DNA of 64,000 nt from the NCBI GenBank assembly GCA_030390025.1, contig CM059433.1, positions 12,278,001 through 12,342,000 on the forward strand, given 5' to 3'. The translations under genes and the position numbers were made by a program. The notes below the pieces were generated by a model, which worked only from the letters and a program-made list of their open reading frames with translations, was not told the DNA's origin and did not search any database. Every line of letters begins with the position of its first letter. The stretch's first letter is position 1. Below, in pieces: positions 1 to 11,744 of this stretch. The DNA is from Squalus acanthias (taxonomy: Eukaryota).

Positions 1-1825
1 GTGGCTGCAAGTGGCACAGGAGGTGAATGCCATCTCAATGTGCAGCAGAACCTGGCTGCAGTGCAGAAAGAGGTTTCATGACCTTCTCCACACAGGAAAA
101 GTGAGTATTCCATCCCCATGACCCTCAATCTGATCCCCATCGTCTCTGATCACTAGCACTCTGCTTTGTCAACCTCCTCCTCCACATCCCACTTGACCCT
201 TACATCCCTGCACCCTTACCCATTCCCTCTCTCTGTATGTTCACATTCACTTAACTAGTCGACAATGCAGCCCTCACACTCCCTATCACTGTGATGCTAT
301 GACAACAACTTACAAGACACAGGGAGGGCCCGTGGTCTTGGGACCTCACTTCATCTTTATGTCCTTCTAAGCATCTATGCTATGGATTCTCTACACTCAC
401 TCCTTCATTCTCACTCAAACTCCACTTGTGTCTCTCATTGCAGGAAAAGAGAGCCCACAATAAGGGAAAGGGTGAGGACAGAAGGAGGGCCACCCTCAAT
501 CGCCCAGCTCACCAGTGCAGAGGAGGTGGCCCTCGAGATCGTGGGAGTCGAGGAGGATGCGCAAGTGGGGGACGGACAGACGGGCGCAACAGAGCAAGCT
601 GGTGACAGAATAGTTTTTCATCTCTCTCATTGACATTGCATGAGTGACTGATATGGATTATGATGCTTCAATGTGCATGCAACGTTTATCTCACATGTCT
701 AACTCTTTCCTTTACTCTCCCACAGCATCATCGACAGCCCCCCTCCCCACTATACAGGAGGAACAGCCTGAGCCAGAAGACTCCTCAGAGGAAATTGCAA
801 CCTCTGAGGGTGCAGCGTCAGCAGAATTCAGCGCACCCAGCACCAGCGCAGACACTCACACCTCGGTGGGACCTTCACGAGATAGAGTAGTGTTGTCACC
901 TGGTGTATCACAGCTCACAAGTGAGCATCAGCAGATGGTGGAGACAGGGACTGCAGTGGAGAGTCCTCGTCGGAGGGCGCAGGACTCTCCCAGCTCGGCT
1001 CAGCTGCATGTCAACCCTATGCCTCCAGGTCCATCCAGAAGGAGAGCGGTGCTGGAACTCCAGGAACAGGTGCAGGAGTTTCTGGCAGGTTTTGTCTCCA
1101 GGGTCGCTACGAGTGTGGAGCGAATGGAGGAGTCCATCGCTAACATGAGCAGAGCCTTTGTGGAGGCATTGGCGCATGAACGCATCACCACGGAAAGGAT
1201 GGCAACCTCCGTAGAAAGGATGGCTACCTCCATGGTAAGGCTGGCTACCGTAGAGGAGAGGATGGCTACGGTAGAGGAGAGGATGGCTACGGCCATGGAG
1301 GAGCTAAGTCGCCAGGGTATGGAAAACATAGTCATTGTTCAGAATAGACTGACATCTCTTGAGGAGCGATGGTCAGCTATTGAGCAGAGAAACCAGACCT
1401 TCATGGAAGTCCTCTGGATTAGGACTTCCAGTGCAGAAACGGGTCCTCATGGCCCCCCCTGAAGTGCTGTCAAGCCACTTGCTAGCTCAGAAGTGGGGCT
1501 GACCCATGAGAGGGATGTTGGTGGCAGAGAACAAGGAAGTGGGGGCTCCTCTCCAAGCGCTCACACGACCATGCCACTGCAGAGCCCTCGGTCAGAGCCC
1601 CACCAGAGTCCTCACCCAACTGAGATCGGCGTCTCAGCCCCTGCACAGCCGCCGGAGCAGCAGACTGTTGGCGAGCCCTCACAGGCTCGCAATCCCAGAG
1701 GATGCCCACCACAGGTGTCGAGGCAGGAGCAGCAAGAAGGTGAGCAAGGGGCCTCCACATCTGCTGAAGCCACAGGGGAAGCACCACGTAGGAGCACGCG
1801 TACGAGGAAGATAAAACACAAGTAG
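1..1825 (+). pseudogene. Harbinger Myb/SANT-like partner gene (exons <1-100, 444-601, 726-1825)
   Basis: Exon 1 reads WLQVAQEVNAISMCSRTWLQCRKRFHDL and ends at donor gtgagt (101). Acceptors cattgcag (443) and ccacag (725). Frameshift early in exon 2 and in-frame TGA at 1460-1462. Heptad repeats ERMATSV/ERMATVE and a basic C-terminus. Confidence 0.85.
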
Positions 1826-2083
1826 TCACAAGGGTAGTCACTTGGGTGTTCTGTTGTGTTTATTTTTGAAAAGCCATCCGTGAATTTATGTGATAAAATA
1901 ACTTGATGGCAAACTGTTGAAGTTGTGGGCTGTGTCATTTCGCAAATGGGACTTCTACATTGAGGGCTCAGGACGACTTGGAATTTTCAGTATGGTGGTC
2001 AGAGTGATAGCAAGCCGCAGGTTCTTGCCCATTGTCGATGGTGTGGTAAGAAGGTGCGAGGCAAATGTGTTTGATTGGGCAGG

Positions 2084-3713
2084 CTAAGCAAATCTGGCAA
2101 AGATGAGTGCATCCCTTGCATCCTGGGCAGCAATGTGCTTGCGTGCTGCTGCCGCTGGTTGATGCACCTCCGCAAGCTGTTCGTTGTTGCTCTCCTCCTC
2201 CTCATCCTCATCCTCATCCTCATCCTCCTCATCCTCATCTGAGGAGGCTATGCGATGAGCCATTTGTACCTCAGGCAGCTGCAAGCCACGATGCTGTGCC
2301 ATGTTGTGAAGTGCACAGCAGACCACGACGATTCTGGAGACCCTGGCTGCTGAGTACTGTAGGGCTCCACCTGATCTATCAAGGCATCTGAATCGCATCT
2401 TCAGCAAGCCGATGGTTTGCTCGATTATGGATCTGTTGGAAATGTGGCTGGAGTTGTAGCGCTCCTCAGCTTTGTTGGATGGCCTCCTCAACTGTCTTCA
2501 GGGGATAGCCCTTGTCTCCAAGTAGCCATCCGCAAAGTTGGTCTGGCGGACTGAAGAGCGGAGGAACACTAGACTGCCGCAGGATGAAGGAGTCATGGCA
2601 AATGCCAGGGTACTTGGCGCAAACATGCAAAATTTCCTTATTGTGGTTACACACCAGCTGCACGTTGAGGGAGTGGAAGCCCTTGCGGTTGACAAAAATA
2701 CCTGGATTGTGATGGGGTGCCTTAAAGGCCACATGTGTGCAGTCAATGACGCCCTGCACCCTTGGAAAGCCTGCCAGATTAGCAAATCTAACCACACGCG
2801 CGGTTACACTTGCTTGATCCTTGGAGAAGTTGATGCAATTGTGCGCGATGGCAAAGAGGGCATCGGTTACCTGCGTGATGCAAGTGTGTGCGGCCGCCTG
2901 AGAGATGCCGCTGATGTCTGCTGTTGATCCCTGGAATGAGCCTGAAGCAAATAATTTGAGTGCGGTGGTGACTTTGACGGCCACTGGTAAGGGGTGTCCA
3001 CCCGCTCCTCTGGGCTCCAGGTCTTGCTGTAGCATTGCGCAGATGTCACCCACTCCCTCTCGCGAAAGTCTGAGCCTCCTTTGGCACTGCTGCTTAGTCA
3101 TGTTGAGGTAGCTGATCCTCTGTCTGTAAACCCTGTTTTGGGGGTATCTCCTGCGGCGACGTCCTTCCCTGCACTGGTGCCTTCTGGCCTGTGCAGCCTC
3201 AGGTGGGTGAGCAGCAGCTTGGCGCTCCTGTTGTTGCTCCTGCAGTTGGTGCTGCTGTTGTTCATGGGCAACACGGTGGCATAGTGGTTAGCACTGGTGT
3301 CTCACAGCACCAGGGACCCGGGTTCGAATCTGATCTCGGGTGACTGTCTGTGTGGAGTTTGCATATTCTCCCCGTGTCTGTGTGGGTTTCCTCTGGGTGC
3401 TCCGGTTTCCTCCCACAGTCCAAAAATGTGCGGGTTAGGTTGATTTGGCTATGATAAATTGACCCTTAGTGTTAGGGGGGGATTAAATATGTGGGGATAT
3501 GATGGGATATGTTAGGGGGAATTAAATACGTGGGGTTATGGGGGTAGGGTGGGATATGTGTACTGTGGGGATTAAAGCAGGGACAGGGTACTGGATTTGG
3601 ATGATCAGCCATGATTGTATTGAATGGTGGAGCAGGCTCGACCGGCCGAATGGCCTACTCCTGCTCTCGTCCGAATCTGAGGTCCAGGAGGAAAGGAAAT
3701 AAATGGTTCCCAT
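2084..3713 (-). pseudogene. Harbinger DDE transposase (HARBI1-like), frameshifted and SINE-interrupted
   Basis: Motifs [63 protein letters not shown]. Frameshift near 2495. The N-terminus (ATG 3713) is split by the SINE at 3266-3666. Confidence 0.93.
3266..3666 (+). mobile_element. tRNA-derived V-SINE (HE1-like) with CR1 3' tail
   Basis: A box tggcatagtgg, B box ggttcgaatc, V-domain-like core (gtggagtttgcatattctccccgtg...ggtttcctcccacagtccaaa). Tail matches the CR1 3' ends at 61020-61110. Confidence 0.88.
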
Positions 3714-4628
3714 GCTGCAGGTATATACCTCAGTTGAGGAAGTGCTGAGTCAAGGTGGGGAGAGGGGTTTCCCAGGAGGTCACACTGGAGATGGATCTCA
3801 GCTTCAAAACTTCCACAATGAGTAGGCCTGCTAAAAGTTCTCCCAGACCTGAGAAAACAAAGTTTTGCCACCTGCAAATGATCATTGTTGAAAACTCCTT
3901 TTTAATGGTGGAGCTGCAACTGTTAGTAAGCCATCCACTTGTGAGCCGGCCAGGATTAACTGGCGTGTTCCAGAGGAGACGTGCAGCATGGGGGAAATGT
4001 GTTAAACTCAGAAAGGCCTCTCAAAATGGCATTATAGAGGCACTTCAGTGGTTGTTAAGGGCCTTAAGGGCCTATCCCACCTCTTGGAGGCGGGATCGAA
4101 ACTGAGTCTGAAAGCCCGCTTTTGGGAAAGTTGCTAAGAGGCGGGATCGGAGCCCGACGCCATTTTTTGCAACTTTCCCACCTGACACGCCTCCAAACCC
4201 GCCTCCTCGGGCCTGGCAAAATCCAGCCCATGGTGACTAATTGGATGAATCTGGACTGTTTGGACTGATGGGAGCCTATTTTCCCATCTCCAGAATGTTT
4301 TATAACTAACAACAAGTGTTCAAAGAAAATGAAAAAAAAAACTCATAATTTTTTTTAATCCCCTATTATTTTTTCTCCCGAGTTGCTTACTGCAGTGCCC
4401 CTGGAGATTAATCTTTAATTCCTGAAGACTTCAGGACAATGCTGGAGGAGAGTCATTAGTTTCCTCTATTGTATAGCTGTTACTTGCTCGGAACTTGATA
4501 TCCTCTCTTTACATTTATTACCACATTATCTATTTTACTCCCTTAAGTATCTCATTATTCATCCCAATTCATTCATTGTATCATTTGCACTCCAATCCTT
4601 CCACCCATGGAAGGGAAAGGCGGGGGAG

Positions 4629-5026
4629 TATTTCAGATTTCCAGCATCCGCAGTATTTTGCTATTGTTATTAGTGTTTGGTTCACTGCCACTTCTCTTCC
4701 AGGAATGCCCACCTTGAAGAAGTTTTGCTCTTCTCTCCGACGGGATTTCCGTTTGTCTCTTCAACCTTGTTCACCTTCATTGCTTTCAGTTTATCTCTCC
4801 TGAGTTCAATCCTAGCACAGACTGTCCCTTTTGTTCTTTCCTCCCCTGCCCCCCCCTCCCCACCACCCCCCTTTCCCTGCCCCTGCACTTGCTTAAAACC
4901 TGTTACATCTCCAACTTTTTCCAGTTCCGACGAAGGGTCCCAGACCTGAAATGTTGACTCTGTTTCTCTCTCCACGGATGCTGCCTGGCCTGCTGAGTGT
5001 TTCCAGCATTTTCTGTTGTTATTTCA
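4629..5026 (+). mobile_element. Internally deleted Penelope-like element (family A): pLTR end plus probable ORF start joined to 3' pLTR
   Basis: 4629-4665 and 4880-5026 match the termini of the PLE copies at 30856 and 44921. MPTLKKFCSSLRRDFR is a probable ORF start. Confidence 0.75.
4923..4959 (+). ncRNA. Degenerate minimal hammerhead ribozyme motif (PLE family A)
   Basis: AGTT-CCGACGA-A-GGGTC cca GACCT-GAAA-TGTT-GACT; core and helix III carry substitutions. Confidence 0.5.
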
Positions 5027-5189
5027 TAAGAAGCACTCAGCAGATTCCAGTACACGCCAAGAAAACGACACTCTGTGAGGCGAGGGCCTGGCTTTTACCT
5101 TTTCCAAATGTAGCTTTTTTTTCGTGATGCTTTCATCCTCATCATCAAGATGAGGAATCGCAGTGCTTTGGAACAGTGTATTTTCAAGT

Positions 5190-5570
5190 TTTGGATCCAG
5201 TGTCAGCATCAAGCACAGGCTCAGGTTTGGGATGGAGCAGGTTCTGAATAAAAGCATCCTCTTCTCTGTTGCAGTGGTGTACTTTTAACTTCAAATTCAC
5301 AGCACCCCATTCACACTGATAGATTTTCTATTTTCATCCTTGTGGCTTCTGTGAGTATAATAATTTAGTGTCAATTAGTGCAGAGTTGTTAGGAAATTTG
5401 TCCTCGTTAAAGACTCATTTGAGGCTGCACAAACTGCAGATATGCTAACGTTAGGTTACTTAGGATCCTTGCAGCTGGCAGCAAGAAGGCCGTAATTCCA
5501 TCTTTCTGGACTGGATTAGAAATCAGGTCTCAAAGGACCCTGGACCCACTCTGCCACCAGATCCCTACAA
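5190..5570 (-). mobile_element. Old tRNA-derived SINE, LF-SINE-like
   Basis: Minus strand has a degraded A box (tggcagagtgg), a degraded B box, and gcactaattgacac...ccacaaggatgaa resembling the LF-SINE body. Recognised from memory only. Confidence 0.4.
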
Positions 5571-5614
5571 TTTGAATTTTAAGGAATCTGGTCAAAAAGG
5601 AGATAGGGCCTCAA

Positions 5615-6365
5615 TCATAGAATAGAGCACAGAAGGAGGCCATTCAGTCCATTGAGTCAGCGCCGGCTCTTTCGAAGAGCAATCCAGCTAGTCCCACTCC
5701 CCCGCTCTCTCCCCATAGCCCTGCAACTTTTTCTCCTTCAAGTATTTATCCAATTCCCTTTTGGAGGCTACTATTGAATCTGTATCCACCTCCCTATCAA
5801 GCAGTGCATTCCAAATCCTAACCACTCGTTGCATAAAAAGTTTTTCCTCATGTCGCCTCTGGTTCTTTTGCCAACCACCTTAAATCTGTGCCCTCTGGTT
5901 ATCGACCCTTCAGCCATTGGAAACAGTTTCTCTTTATTTACTCTAACTAAACCCTTCATGATTTTGAACACCTCGATCACATCTCCTCTTAGTCTTCTTG
6001 GCTCCAAGGGGAACGACCTTGGCTTCTCCAGTCTATCCACATAACTGAGATCCCCCGTCCCTGGAACCATTCTAGTAAATCTCCTCTGTACCCTCTCCAA
6101 AGCCTGCACATCCTTTCTAAAGTGTGGTGCCCAGAATTGGACACAATACCAGGGCCGAACTAGTGTTTTATATAGTTTTAGCATAACCACCTGGCTTGTA
6201 CTCTATGCCACTATTTATACAGCCCAGGATCCCATCTGCTTTAGTAACTACTTTGTTAACCTGTCCTGCCACCTTCAGAGATTTGTGCACAAGCACCCCC
6301 AGGTTTCTCTGTTCTTGCACCCCCTTTAAAATTGCACCATTTAGTGTGTATGGTATCTCATTATT
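5615..6365 (-). mobile_element. CR1 LINE 3' fragment
   Basis: [44 protein letters not shown] plus CR1 tail. Confidence 0.92.
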
Positions 6366-6583
6366 CCTAAAATTAAAATTCCACTTTTAATGAAAACTTG
6401 AAGAACTCTTTTCATGGGAACATGGGGGGTTCGAAACACGTGGTTTCTGAAAATGCGATTTCCCCCCCCCCAGCACGTACCTGACTGCTGAGAAAAAGCA
6501 GATATTCTCTTGTTTTTCATTAAAAGAGGATTTCACTCCCTGTCATTTCAGAGTTTGTGTTTTTTCGGGGACAAAGAAAAGGT

Positions 6584-6616
6584 ATAATGGCGTTTCTACC
6601 ACCACTAGGTGTCACC
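6584..6616 (+). promoter_or_regulatory. Candidate CTCF site with adjacent YY1-like motif in non-repeat sequence
   Basis: CCACTAGGTGTCACC (6602-6616) fits the CTCF core; ATAATGGCGT at 6584. Confidence 0.4.
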
Positions 6617-7299
6617 ATGCAGACGCCCACCCCATACGGCCTCGTTTTCTGGGAATGTACAGTAGTCTGCTCAGTACTTTTATCTGAATTGCCCGTAGCC
6701 AGGCATTATCTATGCCTCGGAGAACAGATGCGATTTCACCAAATTGGCATTCTGTGTCAGGATGAAAATATTAAATTCATAACTGCAAGGAAGGACCTAT
6801 GCTTGATCAGGCACTCATAAAAACAAGAAGCAAAACAGTGTGACACTGTGGGAATTGATGAATTGATCTGGAAGGCGCAAAGGCCTAATCTGTCAATTTA
6901 AAGACTAGGATGTTGCTTGAAGTTGCAAATCTCCCCCCAAAAATTGTTCGTGAGCCAAATTAAATTTATTGCATTTATTAAAGGGAGGCGACTGCCTGGA
7001 AAGTATGAGGTTTGTAATAATGCTAAAATCACAGAGTTAGGGGCATAACTTTCTCTGAAGTATATAAAGGTGTTTGTAGGTGAGGTGATATGTAAGAAAA
7101 TCGTTTACAGTACTCCCAATCTAAGTGCCTTCCTGGCACATCAAATTTTAAAATGACCAGCTCTCTTTCAGTGAACAGATAGGTATGGCTCTCATACAGG
7201 AGGACACAGACTCTGCAAAGAGGAGCTAACTTAATCAGGTTGGTAATATCTGGCAAAATCCTGACTAATATAAGGGCTGTTACCATTTTACAAGAATAT

Positions 7300-9340
7300 G
7301 GCCGGAATTTTCCGGGATCGTTGCAGACGCGATCAGAGGCGGGTCGGGTGGGAAAGTTGATATTTTTGGGAGTGGGTCGGGAAGCCGCCGTCATCCCGCC
7401 CCCCGCGCGCCTTTCCCTCAGGCGCGTCTGTCAGCACGGCAGCGACCCAAACGGCAGAGGCGGGCAACCCAATTTAAAGTATTATTACACTCCTATTCAC
7501 CATGGACCTCCAATCCCTCTACACCTCCATCCCCCACCAGGATGGCCTGAGGGCGCTCCGCTTCTTCCTTGAACAGAGGCCCAACCAGTCCCCATCCACC
7601 ACCTCCCTCCTCCGCCTGGCTGAACTTGTTCTCACATTGAACAACTTCTCCTTTGACTCCACTCACTTCCTCCAAATTAAAGGTGTTGCTATGGGAACCC
7701 GCATGGGTCCGAGCTATGCCTGCCTTTTCGTGGGATATGTGGAACATTCTTTGTTCCAGTCCTACTCAGGTCCCCTCCCTCACCTCTTTCTCCGGGACAT
7801 TGATGACTGTATTAGTGCTGTTTCCTGCTCTCGCCCTGAACTGGAAAATTTCATTCACTTTGCTTCCAATTTCCAACCATCCCTCACCTTCACATGATCC
7901 ATCTCCGACTCTTCTCTTCCCTTCCTTGACTTCTCTGTCTCCATTTCTGGGGATAGGCTATAGACAAACATTCACTATAAGCCCACTGACTCCCACAGCT
8001 ACCTGGACTACACTTCCTCCCACCCCGCCTCCTGTAAGGACTCTATTCCATTCTCCCAGTTTCTCCGTCTCCGTCGCATCTGCTCTGACGATGCCACCTT
8101 CCATACCAGTGCTTCCGATATGTCTTCCTTTTTCCTCAACCAAGGATTCCCCTCTACCATGGTTGACATGACCCTCGACCGTGTCCGTTCCATTTCCCGC
8201 ACTTCTGCTCTCACCCCTTCCCCTCCCTCCCGGAACCATGATAGGGTTCACTTTGTCCTCACCTTTCACCCCACCAGCCTCCACATTCAACGGATCATCC
8301 TCCGCCATTTCCGCCACCTCCAGCGTGATGCCACCACCAAAAACATCTTCTCCTCCCCTCCCCTTTCAGCATTCTGAGAGGGATGGCCTCACCATGGCCA
8401 AATTTACTTAACTTGACACTGTACACCCATATGGCTGCCACATGATGCGCCAGGTTGGCACCACCCTACACCAAAACCATAAAGCATCCCTGCAACGACC
8501 AAGCCATTCCTTTCACACTCACCACCATTACTGGAGGTACCGTTATGTCTCACCATTCACTGCAACTCACTAAGCCACTTCCAAAGGTGCACACAAATCT
8601 GTCCAAGACCAGAAAGTGTTGAAAATAAAGATTTTTATGTTTGACACCACATTAACAGAAACTTTACATAAACATTGTATAAAACACCCAAGTGGCTACG
8701 CTTGTGAATCTACTTGTGTGTCATCTTTCTCTTCCACTAGCTTCTACGAGGTGCTAGCCCTGTGGCTTCAGCAGAGATAGAGGCAGCCTGCTCACTTCCC
8801 TGCTGCCAAGGAGCTGGAGAGCACCTTGCTGCACTTCAGTGGGGCCATGAGGACCCACGTCTACGCTGACATTTCCTCCAAGATCACATACCTACCGAGT
8901 ACCTCGCCTGCCATATGCAAATGCTGGTGGGGGGGAAAAGAGACCAGGTCCTTGGAGGATTTTGCTGCTGTCTGCCCCACTGCTGCCTCTTCCTGAGATC
9001 ACCATGTGAAAGATGGGGGTAGGCCCCAGGAAGCTGTGGCCTCCACTCCCTCTGGTCCAGCCCCAGAAACTTGCCAGTTGAAGGGGAGAGGAGGAGGGTT
9101 GAGGAAGGGTGATGGGGAAGGGAGAAGAAGAGAGGGGAAAAGGGCCAGCTTGATTTTCTTACGAATGTGGGGAGGGGGTGGGGGGGTGAGGGCGGTGGCA
9201 TAAGCTACACCTTTCCTCTCAGAGCAAGGGATTTGGTCAGCTAAACAGTTCCTCCCCTGACACCTGATCTGCTCTTTGGGGTCGGATGGGGGTGGTCAGC
9301 GAGCTAATCCTTCAAATTCAAAAATGGAAAATCCTGCAGG
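7300..9340. mobile_element. Non-autonomous Harbinger derivative interrupted by a PLE
   Basis: Starts GGCCGGAATTTT. 8685-8870 matches the 3' end of the H1/H3 Myb gene on the - strand. Right end is uncertain. Confidence 0.65.
7490..8380 (+). mobile_element. Penelope-like element family A, internal RT fragment
   Basis: [47 protein letters not shown]; contains stops. Confidence 0.93.
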
Positions 9341-9437
9341 TCCCAGTTCTGCAGTATCCTCTTGATGTGAGGGTGGGGAGGGGGGCGGTGGTGGAGGGGG
9401 GGGGGGGGCGGCGGGTGGAGTTGAGGGAGTGCAGTTA

Positions 9438-9915
9438 AGCCGTGGCTCAGTGGGCAGCACTTTCGCCTCTGAGTCAGAAGGTTGTGGGTTCACAGTCCCC
9501 ACTCCAGGGACTTGTGCACATAAAGCTAGGCTGACACTCCCAGTGCAGTGCTGAGGGAGCGCTGCACTGTCAGAGGTGCCGTCTTTCGGATGAGACGTTA
9601 AACCGAGGCCCCATCTGCTCTCTCAGGTGGATGTAAAAGATCCCAAGGCACTATTTCGAAGAAGAGCAGGGGAGTTATCCCAGGTGTCCCTGGCCGATAT
9701 TTATCCCTCAACCAACATCACTAAAACAGATTATCTGGTCATTATCACATTGCTGTTTGTGGGAGCTTGCTGTGCACAAATTGGCTGCTGCGTTTCCCAC
9801 ATTACAACAGTGACTACACTCCAAAAAGTACTTCATTGGCTGTAAAGCACTTTGAGACGTCCAGTGGTCATGACAGGCGCTATATAAATGCAAGTCTGTC
9901 TTCTTTCTTTTTTTC
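9438..9915 (+). mobile_element. DeuSINE (SacSINE1/AmnSINE1-type), full length
   Basis: tRNA-like head gccgtggctcagtggg...ggttcacagtccc, Deu core ggtgccgtctttcggatgagacgttaaaccgagg, L2-like tail ggcgctatataaatgcaagtc. Confidence 0.88.
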
Positions 9916-11744
9916 CTTCCCCTTGATCAAGTCTTAACATCAGCTGAAAAACTGACATGACAGCAGTGGGGGGTGGGGGTTGGGGGTGGGGGTTAGTGAC
10001 TGCACGGGGTAAAAATCTTGTTGAACTACACATGGCACGATGTGTGAAAGATGGTCAGATCGATAGAGATCTATCGGCAGGGTAGAAGGGGTTCAGCACT
10101 GAAGTTACTGGGGTGGGTGGGGAGAAATCTTAGAATGACAGGCGTGAAGCTCACTAGGGTCCACGGGGAACCTGAGGATGTGAGCAGAGCCGGGCAGCGG
10201 TGCGCTGTGGGTTACCTCGCTCTGGTAGAACGGATCGAACTTATATTGTGGCTGTGCTCATTTCACTTTCAAAGTGAGTTGAGGACTAATTTTTCTCGGA
10301 TATATTTAGAATTTTTGAATATTGTGCAAGTGAAATTCTGTTTTTTTTAAATATTTTCATTATGGGTTTTTGTGATGGTAAAAACAGAGTAAAAGGACGA
10401 CTACAGTACACCTTTTTAAGCACTATGACGCTCTGTATGATATCATTTTTTCACAGGATCATTTTCAACAATCCTCAGTTACTTGCTGTACCGTAGCCAT
10501 AGGATTATATTTCACACAACAACATAATGCAAAAAAATTAAAATAAACATTTAGTTTTAAAAATGGGGGAGGCGAAGGGAGGCAGAAACTGAAACAACTT
10601 TCCAAGTATAGAATTTACTTATACTAAACATGTGGAAATCTATCTGCTTGTCTATCTTTCTATATATCTATATCTATTATATGTTAAAATATTAAGTGGG
10701 TTACAACATTCTGTTCCAAAATGCATTGCAGCCTCTATGGCCCTGGAAATGACAAAATCCATTTTAAAAGTGTCAACTTTTGATTACAGTACTAGTTCAA
10801 CCTGTAGGCGGTGCTGTGATCGTCCTTTACTATATAAAAGGCCTGTCACGTAATGTTACCGCCATAACCTATTACCAGTACTGTACATTGGTCCTGAAAG
10901 TCAGCATGCAATTACACTACAGTGGCACGGAGTGACAGCATAATAATGTTTTAACCTTTGTATCACAATGAATCAGTGCTCGGTTGAAAGGTAAAAATCT
11001 GGTGCACTGAAACAATCCTCTTGATATTCTGACTCTTGAGCTGAATTTGGATTGCGCAGTCTGCAGTATACCTCATTTCCCAGGAGGCATCAGCACCGTT
11101 CCGTCAGCAGTACTGAATGAACATTTATGAGAAAAATATTGGGCACTTTCTGTCAAATAATTAAAAAGAAATAACAAGACAAATTTCAAAAGCTTTATTG
11201 AGACATTTATATTGATTGTTAACAGAGGCTTTGTGTGTGTGAGAAAGAGAAAACATTTGAGTGTTATGATTGCACCCCGTTGTAGCTTTTGTTTTGTGTT
11301 CTTTAAATTCTAGAAAGTGTAGTGGGAGAATGAAAGACTGGGTTCAGAGAGAGAGAGAGAAAGAAAGGATGGAAAGAGAAAGAGAGCAAGTGAGACAGGC
11401 CTTGATCTTCCTGGTGATATTCGCCCGATTTCAGGTGGTATAAAGGTATTCGGCATGGGAAATAGGGCAGGAAGACATTCTGCCAATCCATGTTGTAAAA
11501 AATGACCACTCTGATTTTCTACCATTGACCCCACCATAACCTGGATCTGCCTGCCTTGAGCACACCCCAGGGCGTGTAGATAAAGGTGGAGATGCATGGC
11601 TTATTAGTCCCTGCTCTTTTCCTGTCGTCGTGCCGAGTTCCCACTCCAGAAAGGAAGGGATTAGACCTTCAATCTGCAGAACATGAAGAGAGAGAAGGTG
11701 GAGGATATCAATCCCCTCATCATGGTAAGGACATTCAGGAGAGA

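Larger units (their letters stand above)
1..4229. mobile_element. PIF/Harbinger transposon H1 (left end outside window), two convergent genes, decayed
   Basis: Myb/SANT gene on + converges on a HARBI1-like transposase on -. Right end ...ggcaaaatccagccc (reverse complement GGGCTGGATTTTGCC) matches the MITE ends at 33858 and 62131. Confidence 0.92.

Noticed and set aside
1460..1462. Programmed readthrough or selenocysteine at the in-frame TGA
   Set aside because: The homologue H3 has its stop at a different codon, which indicates random decay.
3266..3345. tRNA genes (also at 9438, 48152, 48961, 58495)
   Set aside because: A/B boxes are SINE heads followed by SINE bodies and LINE-derived tails.
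2084..3713. Domesticated host HARBI1 or MSANTD/NAIF1 genes
   Set aside because: Frameshifts, stops, a SINE insertion, TIRs and multiple related copies indicate decayed transposons.
5024..5257. Host coding exon on the minus strand
   Set aside because: No recognisable protein, weak donor, and partial overlap with an old SINE tail.
9375..9420. Functional G-quadruplex tracts (also ~32270, ~39300)
   Set aside because: Low-complexity G runs in or beside repeats, with no independent sign of function.
10366..10410. Ig/TCR RSS (GGTTTTTGT nonamer)
   Set aside because: No heptamer at 12 or 23 bp and no V/D/J segments nearby.
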